The position numbers were made by a program, and so were the translations under genes. From NCBI RefSeq assembly GCF_037042905.1, contig NC_087250.1:7814001-7878000 (forward strand): 64,000 nt of DNA, read 5' to 3'. Shown one piece after another: positions 1 through 13,613 of the stretch. This DNA comes from Lytechinus pictus (lineage: Eukaryota). Within the stretch, counting starts at the first letter, position 1. The number at the start of each line of letters is the position of its first letter. A model generated the notes under the pieces. It had not been told where the DNA came from, made no database searches, and saw only the letters and a program-made list of their open reading frames with translations.

Positions 1-91
1 TGCCTATACTGCTGACTGCTGCTGCTACTACTACTACTACTACTTCTACTACTACTACGCACTACTGCTACTACTTCTACTACTACTACTT

Positions 92-128
<37 letters not shown>

Positions 129-142
129 TTCTACTTCTACTT

Positions 143-224
<82 letters not shown>

Positions 225-421
225 GCACTACTGCTACTACTTCTACTACTACTACTACTACTACTTCTACTACTACTACTACTACTTCTACTTCTACTAC
301 TACTTCTACTACTACTACGCACTACTGCTACTACTTCTACTACTACTACTACTACTACTACGCACTACTGCTACTACTTCTACTACTACTACTTCTACTA
401 CTACTACTACTACTTCTACTT

Positions 422-464
<43 letters not shown>

Positions 465-478
465 TTCTACTTCTACTT

Positions 479-518
<40 letters not shown>

Positions 519-602
519 TACTACTACTACTACTACTACTACGCACTACTGCTACTACTTCTACTACTACTACTTCTACTACTACTACTACTACTTCTAC
601 TT

Positions 603-639
<37 letters not shown>

Positions 640-860
640 TTCTACTTCTACTACTACTACTACTACTTCTACTACTACTACTACTACTACTACGCACTAC
701 TGCTACTACTTCTACTACTACTACTTCTACTACTACTACTACTACTTCTACTTCTACTACTACTACTACTACTACTACCACTACTACCACTACTACTATA
801 CTATTCCCATACTACTACTACTATATTACCACCATTGCTGCTGCTACTACTACTACTGGG
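1..860. repeat. (CTA)n microsatellite with CTT and CGCACTACTG variants
   Basis: Direct reading; explains the poly-Ser/poly-Val ORFs. Confidence 0.97.
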
Positions 861-952
861 CAATTCCATAAATTATGTACGTACTACTACTTCTAGTATT
901 TCTATTTTATCTTATTAAATAATGTTCAATATGATCATATTTGTTTTTGCAG

Positions 953-1221
953 AAAATGAGGGCTACCGTGCCGGTCTCACGCGGAGCAAATCCAACCGCC
1001 TCGATTCTTCCAAATTTTCAAAGTTTGAATCCTCTCCGAACTCCTCGGGCAGTGAGTCCTCGTCAGGGAGCAAACGGCACACGTTCACCGGCGCGGGCCG
1101 CCTCAACATGTCCCGATTCTCGCAGTTTGAGAAGGGGTCAGATAGTTCCGACGGCGGATCGCAACCGATCAAGAGAAACGCCGGAACTCGATCCAGGAGT
1201 CTCAAGTTCGGTTCCGGAAGT
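953..1221 (+). CDS. Internal coding exon of the LIM-domain locus, Ser/Arg-rich (ENEGYRAGLTRSKS...RSRSLKFGSGS)
   Basis: Acceptor ttgtttttgcag|, donor |gtaagt. GC-rich open frame; starts phase 1 and ends phase 0, matching the phase-0 LIM exon at 22991. Confidence 0.8.
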
Positions 1222-1787
1222 GTAAGTACTCAATTTAATCTGTTGATTACTGAATTCTTTAATTCCCGTAGGCTTTCTATAGGGGTTGCCCAATTCTGGT
1301 AAACAATGGGTTAATCAATATATTGCCACTTGGGTCTCCACCTGCTTTTCTACTCCCTCTTCCTCTACTATCCTTTTTCAGTGGCTTAATGAGCCAACAA
1401 CTTTGAGGGGCCAGATATGGTGTTTCGGGCAAAATTTAAAACAAGTTGCAAGTGAGCAAAGCAAGGGAGTAAAAATTTCGACATTTTCTATAAGTATAAC
1501 ATTTTGATTTCTTTCACTAATATGTATATATATATATAATCCACATACAAATAGTGCAAAACACTATGTTAAGAGTGCTCGACTATATAGGAGCAATAAA
1601 CAAGTAGAAATTAGTGTAACTTCATGCACTACAGATCTGTTTCATAGGAACAGCAAGACTGCTGCTCCCACTCTTAAGGTACAAAGTGAATTGATTTAGT
1701 GTAGGTTATACAAGTTCATTTATGGGAAGTTCATGAAAGACTGTGACTCGTTTGTTTATGTATATATATATACATATACATTAAGAG

Positions 1788-2190
1788 TTAAAGGTAAATT
1801 CTAGTTTTGGTAACGATATCAAACTGAGTTCGTACAGAATCCAATGAAATGACCACCAAAGTGTCTGTTTGTATAAATAAAACGCATGTGCCAAAGGATT
1901 CTGGAAGAAATTGTGTAATTGCTGAGAAATCAGCAAATAAGCACAGGATTCGGGTAGAGCGTCGGGCCCGACGCTCAAAGCAATAATTATACACTGTCCC
2001 ACGTGCGCTTATCTGTGTTGGGGAAGTTCAGTCTGAACATTTTTCAGCGTAGATTTCAAGATTTCACAAAGTTCAGTTTATGAAACTGTACCAGATCTAG
2101 ATCCTCGATGATATACTGACAATTAAGCCTGGTTTTACAGACTTTCTCATGAAATCAGTGTTTACTGCAACTACTGGAATTTCTCTTTAA
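1788..2190 (+). mobile_element. TTAA-flanked MITE family A (Kolobok/T2-like)
   Basis: TTAA-AGGTAAAT...ATTTCTCT-TTAA with short imperfect TIRs. Near-identical inverted copy at 7719-8121. Confidence 0.85.
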
Positions 2191-2722
2191 CTCTACTAAT
2201 AAACTCATGATCATTCTTTTTTCAAGTGTCAAATATTCACAACAAAACATAAAAAAGAGATTTTCCAAATAACACAAAAATAAATAGTTAACCTCGACGA
2301 ATTGAAGCCATTAACAAATATTGGTATTGGTATTAGATCAGATGGGTGTTCCCATGCAGAATTAAACCATATCAGAAGCAGACCAACTGCTTCTAGACCA
2401 TGTGAATATTAATCGGTTAATTGCTTGGTGGGCTTCCACTTGATCTACAATTATAACCTCTCAAGTCTAATTAACAGTTTCCCGAACTTCTTGGAGTGTG
2501 AGAAACTGATCTACTTCTAATGGCTAGTTTGGTTTCATATCTATGATTTGACAAAATGGAGAAAGCCTTAAGGCCTAAAGATCTAGAATTTATACCAAGT
2601 ACAGACTTTTTAAAAGTCCCCAATCCTCAAAATTGGAATGTAAAATGGACGCTTTATTTATCTATTTTATTTTGTATTGCCTGGACTTCTGCTTGATCTA
2701 CATGTATAACCTCTTAGTGTAA

Positions 2723-3126
2723 TTAAAGATAAATACCAGTTGTGGTAACGATCTCATAATGAATTCAAACACAGTCCAATAAAATTACCATCCAAGTGTT
2801 TGTATAAATATGTAGATAAAAAATATTTGCCAATTGGCTCTGGAAGAAAATGTGTAATTGCTGCGAGAAATGAGCAAAATAAGCACAGAATTCCAGAAAA
2901 TGTCTGGTATTTTTCCAAACAATTAATCCACTGTCCCACATATGCCTTTTGTATTGGTTATCGTTATAATTATCGGTTTTCAGCTAAGATTTCATAATTT
3001 CACAAAGATGAGTTGATTTCAATGTACCAGATCTAGATCTATGATAATATGATGGTCATTAACCTTGATCTTATAGGCTCTCTCATGAAATAATTATTTG
3101 CTGCAATTACTTTCTTCTACCTTCAA
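2723..3126 (+). mobile_element. MITE family A, diverged copy
   Basis: Similar to 1788-2190; right TSD decayed to TCAA; interrupts a local duplication. Confidence 0.75.
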
Positions 3127-3940
3127 CGGTTTCCCAAACTCCTTGGAGTATGAAAAACTGTTCTACTTATTATTCTTTTATTCTAATGGCCAGTTTGGTT
3201 TCTTATCTAGTCAAGCTACCCCACTCGAGCCTATTATTATGATTAATTTTTCACTTGATAATAAAAGTCCCTGATTTACATTAAACCAAGTATGAGCCCA
3301 AGTGGAAATTAGTAGCACACAGATGGGAGGGGGGGGGGGGGGGGCTTTGGGGGCGCTTGCCCCTCAAACAGATTTACATGACCAAAAAAAAGAAAAGAAG
3401 GGGAAATGTGAGAAGAAGAAAGAGAGGAGGGTGGAATATGACTATTTTCTGAATATCGTGTCAAAATCGTTCACAAAATTGGATTTTTGTAATAAAAATG
3501 TCAACATTTTGGTTGATTGTGTCACTGGTCGAAATGAGACTTCAGATCTAATGCCAAGAATGGACAAAATGAAACTTGGACCAACATTTGGTCAATTGGA
3601 GATCGCCGGAATGCCTAAAGATCTAGAAAGTAGACCAAGAAGCAACTTTTCAAAAGTCCTCAATCCTCAGAATTGGAATGTAAATTATGCAACCTATTTC
3701 TTTTTCATCACAACCCCCTCAAATTTTTTTTTTTTTTTTTTGGTGGGTGGTATATCCTAATATTTCAACAAAGTAAGAATTCTTACTAACTTCACCTACC
3801 AGCAGATGAGCGTAAACAAGAAACTTTCATGGCCTACTGGTAGGGCTATTAATATGAAACATGATGTAAATAAAACCAGGATGTTGTGTAATTTTAGGAA
3901 GACATCAGTAGTCTGCAATAACAGACTCGAATTTGACACT

Positions 3941-4347
3941 TTAAAGATAAATGCCAGTTGTGGTGACGATTTCAAAATGAGTTCGTACAGAATCCAATGA
4001 AATGACCACCAAAGTGTCTGTTTGTATAAAATAAAAAACATGTGCCAAAGGATTCTGGAAGAAAATGTATAATTGCTGAGAATTTAGCAAATAATTTAGC
4101 ACGGGATTCGGGTCAAGCGTCGGGCCGACATTCAAAGCAATAATAATACACTGTCCCACGTGCGCTTATCTGTGTTGGTGATCTTCAGTGTGAAAATTTT
4201 TCAGCTTAGATTTCAAGATTTCTCAAAGTTTCGTATATGTAACTGTACCAGATCTAGATCCTCGATGATATAGTGACAATTAAGCCTGGTTTTACTGACT
4301 TTCTCGTGAAATCAGTGTTTACTGCAACTACTTTCATTTATCTTTAA
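3941..4347 (+). mobile_element. MITE family A
   Basis: TTAA-AGATAAATG...CATTTATCT-TTAA; internal similarity to the other copies. Confidence 0.85.
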
Positions 4348-5451
4348 GAAGTAATACTTCTGCCCAGGAAAATTATCAAAAACTATTTTGAGCTCTCGCA
4401 AAGTCTTGGGCAAATGAATACTGGGTTGTCTGTAGTGGCAGGAAATCCTTGTAATGTATTAGCTCATAGACCCTACACCAATCAAAATTCCACTTTGATA
4501 TTGCTGTGACTATAGCTGTACGTAGTGGGGGAGGGGGTTGCAGGGGGTTACAGTTGCCCCCAAAAAAATTGTTTGAAAACTAAAATTTTTTACTGAAAAT
4601 TTTCATAAAATTCTCCAAAAGTATACACCAAATCCTTCAAATTTACTTAACAAAATGCAACATCACCCAAATGACTAGCTGCGTTGCTTTGCTCCCTCGC
4701 TTTTGAAGGTTTTCAACAGATTTTACACTTGCTGCCCCCCCCCCTCCCCTCCCCCGAGAAAATTTCTATGTACAGCCACGGCTGTGACTGAATGAATTTG
4801 GTCCATAATCAGGATGTGAACCAACTAGGACAAGTTTACAGAGATTTATTGTTAACTTCGTGCCAGAGACACATTTTCATGTAATTGTATATATCTTATT
4901 TTTCTATACAAATGTAATGATTTGTTTTCTATTTAGTGTTGGCAGAGCAGGTTCTGCAAAACAACAATACTTCTTGTATTGTCGTAAATATGAAAAAGAA
5001 AATCTACTTTCTTATACATATCGATTAAGTAAAACACAAATTATCTGATTTATATAAGCATTTTGCTCAGCCAAGCATTTAAAATGCCAACTTCCAAGTA
5101 ATTTACTTTGTCAATCAGTACTAGTGCTCTATTATTGAATACCAGCCCATGGTATTTAGTTATTTATAATTCCAATCATGAGGGTATTTAAGCACCCATT
5201 CATCAGTTTGTTGTGATGTGATATAGTTAATTTATTCCATGGCTAATAGTTTGGTGTCATTTGTGGGAGCTAATCGAAAAGGAAATATTATTACTTGAGA
5301 TATCCTGCCTGACTGCCCCTCGATCTAGGCCTGTGCTGATAATGGAAGAGTCTGAATACCAGTCTATGATTCAGACCAAGATTTGCATTATTCATATATT
5401 TTTTGTCCTTTGGAAGAAAATATACAATTGCTATATGGATAAATGTGTGTG

Positions 5452-5700
5452 ACTACAGAGTACTGAAGTGATGGCGTCAGTTGCCATGGTGTCGTGGCGG
5501 CCTGGTTCTCAACAAATGAACCCGCCAAATGAAAACGTGTGTTTCTCATAGGAGAAAACTGCTGCTATCAGAATTTGATCGCTTGCAACCTATTTTTCAG
5601 ACGAGCCAGTGTGTACAGACGATTGTCAGCTGCGACTCTGTTTTGAACCAGCCCGCCATGACACCATGGCTACTGACGTCACACCTCGGTACTCTATAGT
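5452..5700. mobile_element. Palindromic MITE with ~60-bp TIRs
   Basis: ACTACAGAGTACTGAAGTGATGGCGTCAGTTGCCATGGTGTCGTGGCGG is mirrored by CCGCCATGACACCATGGCTACTGACGTCACACCTCGGTACTCTATAGT. Confidence 0.75.
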
Positions 5701-6702
5701 GCAAAAATATTTTACACCAAATCATAACATTGTGGAAATAGTTCGGTTGTGGAAACCAGCTTGTAATTGAGGATTTTTTCCTACATTGTATGAAAACGGG
5801 GTCTGAATCGTGAGACTAGGAACCAGGAAGTGGCAGGCAGTGAAAGTAAGAGGTTCACAATGCTCCCCTGTGTAGGGCAGTCCAGCTGTCATCCATACAC
5901 ACACACACATAATATACTACACCAGCACACACACACACATGCCTGGAACCTACATCTTAATTACATGGTAGTATAACCCATATCTCTTGTGACTAGTCTG
6001 ACTTACCAGACAGTTTTTTCATTCTAAGCACCCTTGATTCAACAGCAAATACTCATATCTGCCTGGTTTATAATCAATAACTACATATTTTGCAGCATAT
6101 CAAAATTAAGTCTGCATGTTCTCCAGATTGTTGATAGATTTGGGCGTTTCATCGAGAGTTGTGTCCAAATTTGTGAATTTTCAGAAACAGATCAGTATTT
6201 TTTTGCCTTGGGCATAGACTACATGTGAGAAATCTCTTCCTTTTGTTATATGAGCTGGAGTTGAGTGTGTAGCGTTGCATTGCTCTAGCAGACTACATCT
6301 GCACAACATCACGATTCATCGCTGCATTTGGCCAAATCAGCAGCTCCATCGTCATACAGACATCCAACAGCGCACAGACCACTGGACACTGTTCATCTAA
6401 CCTTACTCCATCCTCGACTGCATCTGATCTGGACGATCATCCTGTTAAACACGTGACAGACGACTTACAACTTGGACACATGACCGACGACGTCCCGCAA
6501 CAAACGCCCCACGTACACCCCCTGACCTGTGTACGTTTCTACCTCGGATTCGAAGCCCCGACTTAAGCTCCGTTTGACGGAATCGATAAATACACATCCA
6601 ACCGACTCCACTTTGAACAGTACTCTACTACTACTAGCAACTAGCAACTAGTTTACCTTGCCTTTTCGCTTGCATTCGCCGTAAACGAACAGAAAAGCAA
6701 CG

Positions 6703-6735
6703 ATGTCGACGGAGACCGAGAAGAAGCTGCGATTC
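6703..6735 (+). CDS. Coding part of a probable alternative first exon (MSTETEKKLRF), preceded by ~450 nt of 5'UTR-like sequence
   Basis: ATG in aacgATGt context; 11 codons then |gtgagt donor in phase 0, compatible with exon 22991. Upstream 6260-6700 is non-repetitive and CpG-richer. Confidence 0.6.
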
Positions 6736-7445
6736 GTGAGTAGGACAGCTCCTGCAGGGAGTATATCAGATGATTCTGTGATCTCTTTATTTCATTATAA
6801 GGCCTTAGATTGTTTGTCAATTGTTGGTGTTATACTATCATTCAGTGGAGAACAGTGCCTTGACTTTTGAGCACTGCAGAGTTGATACGTGCGCCCTATA
6901 TATGTTGCATTTTTTTTTTTCATTGCATGAATTTTGAAATTGGTTTGCCTCGTTTAATTTTCTCTGTTTTATCAAACGGAGAACGAGATCAGACTGCTTG
7001 ATCTGGATACACAACCTTGATATTTTTCATATGTTGGCAAGACCCGCCCATCACATCTGTTTTTCTTATTTTGCTTCTATAGTGATCTTGACAACTTCTT
7101 TCTCTGGGGGGGGGGGGGTGGTTATGGGGGGAGGCACTTTTATAATAAGAGGACACCATGCTCATTCGTAAACTTGCAAAATTGCGTCCATTTTGAAAAT
7201 CAATAGAGCAAGCAAAGTGTAATAACAGACCCTAAATTAAATGATCATACTTTGATCCCAGAATACTTAGTTTTATGTCATGTTTCCCCATCATCATAAA
7301 TACTGCCTCAAATATTTGATTTTCATGATAGCGTGAGATTGAGGTGGATGGATAGAAGACACTTATCCACCGATTTTGGCCATTTTTATACCCATTTCGC
7401 GCTATGCACGTGATATCTTTTTACGGGATCGGTTCCGGAAATCAG

Positions 7446-7670
7446 GGGCCCGTCTTGCAAAGAGTCACGATTGATGTAATCAACCTCAACTGGAAATCCA
7501 TTGATGTCATAATTTAATAATAAGCACACTGAATTTTCAAGAAATCAATGAATGTATAAATTTATGGCACATCTCGAAAATGTTTCGAGCAAACATGCAT
7601 TTCAGGTGTTGATGTTGCTGGCTTTCCATAGTTGATTGGATCTATCGCAAGTCATTGTAAGGCAGGGTTC
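7446..7670. mobile_element. MITE family D (GGGCCCGTCTTAC termini), degraded
   Basis: Similar to the copies at 21414, 49570 and 53938. Confidence 0.6.
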
Positions 7671-7718
7671 AGGGGTGTAGGCCTGTTATTTACCACATGA
7701 AATGGTCACCAGAAGTTC

Positions 7719-8121
7719 TTAAAGAGAAATTCCAGTAGTTGCAGTAAACACTGATTTCATGAGAAAGTCTGTAAAACCAGGCTTAATTGTCAGTATATCA
7801 TCGAGGATCTAGATCTGGTACAGTTACATAAACTGAACTTTGTGAAATCTTGAAATCTACGCTGAATAATGTTCAGACTGAACTTCCCCAACACAGATAA
7901 GCGCACGTGGGACAGTGTATAATTATTGCTTTGAGCGTCGGGCCCGACGCTCTACCCGAATCCTGTGCTTATTTGCTGATTTCTCAGCAATTGCACAATT
8001 TCTTCCAGAACCCTTTGGCACATGCGTTTTATTTATACAAACAGACACTTTGGTGGTCATTTCATTGGATTCTGTACGAACTCATTTTGATATCGTTACC
8101 AAAACTAGCATTTACCTTTAA
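7719..8121 (-). mobile_element. MITE family A, inverted, nested in an older family E element
   Basis: Reverse complement of 1788-2190 with TTAA on both sides; its flanks join to match 54455-54528. Confidence 0.85.
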
Positions 8122-9669
8122 AGTCGCTCGTAATTAACTTACGAATATTAAGCTTTTATGAAACATCCACCTGAGGTCCCTCCCCCACAATGAAAAAAAC
8201 ATGTACCAACGCTTTTCACTTTATTCTAACTATTGGAGAGTTGCAAGTAACTTCCAATCGATCGCAAGTCAATTTTTAGGTCCTTGAATCAATCGTAAGT
8301 CTTGAAATTGATTGCAAACTTGTCATTGAGCGATGGCTCTGCTTCTTGTAAGCCTTTAAATATAATTCAGTTTGCTTCAGTTGAAATTAATTGTATCCCT
8401 TGTAAATTTACAACTTTAATTTGCAATTGACTGCAATGTTTTATTGAAACACCCCCTTAAGATTCGCTTTACAAAAGAAAGAAAGGGATGGTAGAATCGG
8501 GGACGTGCCTTCATGGTTGAGTAGTCCATTTTTCACGAAGAGACTTCCTAGTAGGTTTACATGTATTTTAATGTATTTATACAGGAAATCCCTTACAAGG
8601 CAAAACAATTGTGATTTTAGCCCTTGAAGTATTTTTAGGGCCTCATTTTAGTGCAATCTTGATACATGCCTGTGTAGCTAGGCAGTGGTTAAGCCTAGGG
8701 TGATTTGTTGTACAGGCCTGTATAAACTATAAGTAAATAACTACGCAACAATTCTTTATCTCTTCTCTCCTTGATCTTGTATAGTGTTCAGGGCTAATTA
8801 AGGATTAGGACTACAGATAACTGTGTAAGAAAAAGTCAGGAATTGATTGAAAAAAAAGGGGAATTCATAATTTTGTTCATCAAAATTACCTGTATTTTTC
8901 GATGAGAAATATGGGACCTTATATGGTCGTTGGCAGCGAAACTTCCCTCTTCCTTGTCTAACGAGAAATTGGATACATGGGACTGTGCAGAAATATGAAC
9001 TGAAAAAGGTTTATTTGTTATTTCCTTCCTTTTATGAACTATAACTGTTATCAATATACAAATTAAGTGGTCAACAGATATTAACGCTGAGTATACTTGA
9101 TACTTCCGGGCCTCTGTGGATTATATTAGAGATAAAGGCATATTAATATTACAAGAGGTAGCCCCTTTTCATTCACTGAAACTTGGCGTGATCTTCACAT
9201 TGGCAACCATGCAGTGTCTTGTCCCCTTATTTGTCCTGCTATGTTCAGCCTACCATCTGCTGTACTTTTATGTAGGTTCTAGCTGGTTATTTTATTGATG
9301 TATTGTAACAGCTGACACTGATTTCCATTGATTTTTCTATATATATTCTCCCCTCTTCATACAGAACTAAATTGACCAATGGAGTTAAAGGGACTCATTT
9401 GTGTATCAGTGATTTTGGTGTCTTACTTTTGGATTGATAAGAGCATTGTTGAATGAGATTCTTCGGAACTCCAATCCTCTTTTGTGTACCATACGGTTTA
9501 TTTTTATTTTATTTTGCAATGGGTGTAGCTGTGCAGGGGAACAAGTTGAATTTAAAGCCTATGAATTCTCTAGTCTATAGCCTATTTCCTGACCATTATT
9601 CACATGTATCTGAATCTCTTTCCTACATATAGTACTAATAAATATATATATATCACCCCAATCTCTGTA

Positions 9670-9945
9670 ATCCCCTTTCCTCACCCCCTCTCCCTTCCCT
9701 CCCCCTCCCTTCCCCCTCTCCCTCTTCCTTTCCCACCACTCGTCCCCTTGCTATTCCATCCCGCCCCCTTTCCCTGTTTCCCTTCCTCCCCCCTCCCCTC
9801 CCTTCCCCTAACCCCTCCCTTCCTGTCCCCTCCCCCTCCCCTCCTGTCCTCTCCCCCCTCCCCTCCTGTCCCATTCCCGTCCTGTCCCCTCCCCTCCCCT
9901 CCCATCCCCTTTCCCCTCCTCTCTCTTCCACTCCCCCTCCCCTTT
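9670..9945. repeat. C/T-rich low-complexity tract
   Basis: Direct reading. Confidence 0.9.
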
Positions 9946-10471
9946 GGTATAAAACATCGAGAATAGGCTAAAAACTTTCAGGAAACAATCTTTTTTGTTG
10001 CCTATCGATATTCAATCACCAAATTTGTAAAGACTGGTGTTCAAAGGGCATTTTTCAGGCAAAATAAAACATTACCAACAGAGTGCATGAGATATATCTT
10101 TAGAGGTAATTTTTTTTTTTTTTTTTTTTTTTTATAAAGGATCAACAGATTAAAATAATTCCATGATCACTACACTCTGGTAATATTAGAATGTCAGCTG
10201 ATTATTATTATTTATATACCACCTTTTTCACAGAATGGCCCAAATCGCTTACATGTATACTCAGTTTAATTCACATACCCGGTACTCAACCCTTACCAGT
10301 GCTTTATGTACAGGCTTTATGTGCTGTAAAAAGATAATTATTAACACATTGCAATGTCTGCATTATGCTTTAGAATACCAACGGTTCTGTGTAACTTCTG
10401 TGTCATGCATTGTTTGTATGAGTGAGCAATGGGCCATCAGTTACCTCAGGTATTCTATCTTACGATCAATC

Positions 10472-11036
10472 TAGGCTGCGTTCATACGACTTAATAAGCT
10501 GGAATCACAAACATGAATCATGATTCAAAACACAAACATAAAATCATAAAAACGGTTACTGCAGAATCTGGGTTTGATCTACCCCCTCTCTAACACCATA
10601 TCTCCTTCACTTCACGCCTAGCCAGTGCGCATCTAAGTGCGCAAATTGACCGTGAAATTACAGGTCAACCTCAGATACGCAACATTGATTTTCAATACAT
10701 ACAGTTAACGTGTACGGCTACTGTATGAAGCAAAAGCAAAGAATACCTCTGGGTGTGCACATTATGTCATGAACGTGGAAGTTGGCTGATCAACAACATC
10801 ACATCATAGAATCATAATTCAAAATAAATCACAGTTACGTTTATACGACCATTTTCAAACGTGATTCTGCAGAAACGTCTTTCCAAATTACCCCTTTTCT
10901 GTGCTTCTTGTTAGTGATTTGAAACACATTTACATTTACTCTTGCCTAAACGCAACCATGATTCTGCAGAAACGTCTTTCTAAACGCGTTTCAAACCATG
11001 ATTCTAGGGTTAATAAGTGGCGCTTGAATGCACCCC
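10472..11036. mobile_element. Harbinger-like MITE (GGCTGCGTTCA...TGAATGCACCC)
   Basis: Imperfect TIRs and internal repeats. Confidence 0.5.
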
Positions 11037-11315
11037 TTGCTTGTAGCATGATTCATTGGGGTATATGAATCGCTGTCTGCTCCCATCATTCATGCATCTA
11101 AATTTAGGCTTACAAGAATTCTCCTGAGAGCTCTACATGCCAAGCAATTAGACTCGTCTAAATCCCTTTTGTATTACTTGGAAAGCGGAGTAGATCCGGA
11201 TTAAAACGAGGCAATTCAATCATGGACTAAATACATTGTGAATGTCATGAATGATTTTCATACATGAAAGTCATGAACGTCCATGAAACCAGGAGACTGC
11301 ATCAGTCATCCCCCC

Positions 11316-11590
11316 TTAAAGGACACGTCCACCCCCAACAAAAGCTTATTTGAATAGAAAGAGAAAAATCAAACAAGCATAACACTGAAAATTTCATCAA
11401 AATCGGATGTAAAATAAGATAGTTACTACATTTTCATTAAGTTTCGCTTAATTTCTCTAAACAGTTATATGCACATCCTGTTCGGTATGCAAATGAGCGG
11501 ACAGATGACATCAACCACTCACTATTTCTTTTGTATTTTATTATATGAAATATGAAATATTTTGATTTTCTCGACATTGTCACCTGGAAT
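11316..11590 (-). mobile_element. TTAA MITE family C, partial
   Basis: TTAAAGGACACGTCCACCCC end; matches the right end of 43095-43714 in reverse. Confidence 0.7.
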
Positions 11591-11991
11591 TCCATTATAC
11601 ATATATACTAACATTTTGAGGCAAGAAATGCCAAAAATTCATTATTATTCCACCATTTTGAATCAGATTTTTTGATGAATACCTGTCTATGTTTTGCATG
11701 TGTAAAGTCTGTGTTCGTTGCATATCTTCTTTTACTATAATTGCACAGATACGCGGTGGATGCAGACAAAGGGGGACTGCGCAGACTTGGGGGAACTTGC
11801 CATACAACTTAAAAAGGGTTGTGTTCTTGGTTGAACAATGTATTCACATGGTATCCATAATTGAGGTGGAAAAGTATAAAAATTGCAAAATATTAGAAAT
11901 ATTAATACCCATATCATCTGTGGTGAGGGAAGGGAAGTGGGGGGGGGGGTACTGCTATTACAAGGCGAATATCATCCACATTTACAAAAGC

Positions 11992-12287
11992 AAGTAAATA
12001 AGGGGGTGTTTTTTCATGGCCCAGCAGTAAGCTCGCATATATAGTGAAAAGCAGGGCTCGACATCAGCAGTGGCCCGAGGCAACCAAAAATGAGAGTCGG
12101 GTCACAAAAATTCTGTAAAAACCAACTCTTGGTGGCCCGTTTGGGCTATACCAAAGTCTTGATAAATTCTGTGTTCTATTGTTTTAGGGCCACTAAATTT
12201 GCTTTACGGGTCCACCAAAAATATGAAATTGATGATTTTGGTGGATCGATCGGGCCACCAAGAAAAAATGTTGGTGTGAAGCCTTGG
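11992..12287. mobile_element. hAT-like non-autonomous element (CAGGGCTC...GAAGCCTTG), core from ~12052
   Basis: CAGGG-type terminus with repeated GGCCC/GGGCCAC subterminal motifs; boundaries uncertain. Confidence 0.35.
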
Positions 12288-13273
12288 TGAAAAGGGTATG
12301 AAAATTGTCGAAATCTGAAAAATTTTGCTGCCATCTCTTTTTTTGAAATGGACTTGCTGTTGCACCAAGAAAAAGGGGGAGAAGAAGCATGTGTTGCAAT
12401 AATGAAAGCTGTAATGAGTAACACATGTGTTCTGCTCATGCTGTCAGGAATCCCACCGTGACGGCTTGTTATGAAACATAACACCCCCATCCGAGACATG
12501 TTGTGATCCATGTCTGTGAATGTAGACAGCTGCTCCTATGCAAGTGACAGGGTGCATTCCACTTTTTATAGGGGTGGGTGGGGTCAGTAGGAGGGGACGG
12601 GTGATGCTTGATATTGGGACTAAAGTGCATCTTCATGAATGAAATCTCGTAAGATGGTATGTTTTTACCCTCATTCGGATTACACAACAAATCACACCTA
12701 AAATTCCTCAAATAGAAGGCTTTCAGGGACCACCATTTCTTAAGTCACCGCAAGAACCTGCCTTCAAAAACATTTAGAATATTGCTTTTTACAAACGGCA
12801 GAATGATTTATTGCTTATACCTACCAGCATAATTTCTTATTGCACAACAAACATGCCCTTGAAACAACATAGCCCCCATATTTCAGCAATCGCCAATAAG
12901 TGGAAAAAGAAATAGCCCCTGAAATATTAAAATTATTTCCTTTCCTGGCAGACACATTGGGCAAAGACATGTCCTAACTTTTAATTTTTTTTGGCAATCG
13001 AGGTTCTTCATTACCATACCGTAAAAGACCCTTTTCAACCGAGACCATTTAAGAAATATAGGGCCTATAGGCCTTTTATCTATCTATTTTCAGGAGAAGT
13101 GGAAAAAATTTCTTTCAATGATTTTTTTTTTACCAGAGCAAATCAATTTCAAATTCAAAAGGTTTCTGTATTCATGTCTTTGTATCTTTCTTAATAAATT
13201 TGCAGAGTCTATGTCTTTGAGAGTACAATGTTTTCAGTCCGGAAGCGTCTGTGTCTTTGAGATTACTTTATTC

Positions 13274-13442
13274 TAGTTTGCAAGCGCAGACTCAAATTTA
13301 ATCAAACCGTCTGGAGTGAAGACTACACACTCTGTGTTACTTAAGAGACAGTTGCAGCACGAAGTGAATCTAGTCTCACTAATTCAGACTGCATTGTGCA
13401 CGATGCAAACCGCGAAACCAAAGGGTCTGTGCCTGCAGACTA
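13274..13442. mobile_element. Short TAGTCTGCA...TGCAGACTA TIR element (related pieces at 14839-14993, 20005-20063, 51682/52590)
   Basis: TAGTTTGCAAGCGCAGAC / GGTCTGTGCCTGCAGACTA inverted ends, with multiple copies. Confidence 0.6.
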
Positions 13443-13613
13443 ACTATCTTCTTAGTCTGTATCGTTTATCCATTGACATTAATGTATTACATCCTGAAAC
13501 CTGATAGTCTCGTGACATGGATACACACATACAACACTCGTCAAACTAGGACCACATTCTCATCACACCCCTTTCACATGAGTGATGCAGGAGTCATTGG
13601 GGGTTAGGGAATT

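Noticed and set aside
10860..10980. GAAACGTC motifs as additional hammerheads
   Set aside because: No upstream CUGANGA or stem II.
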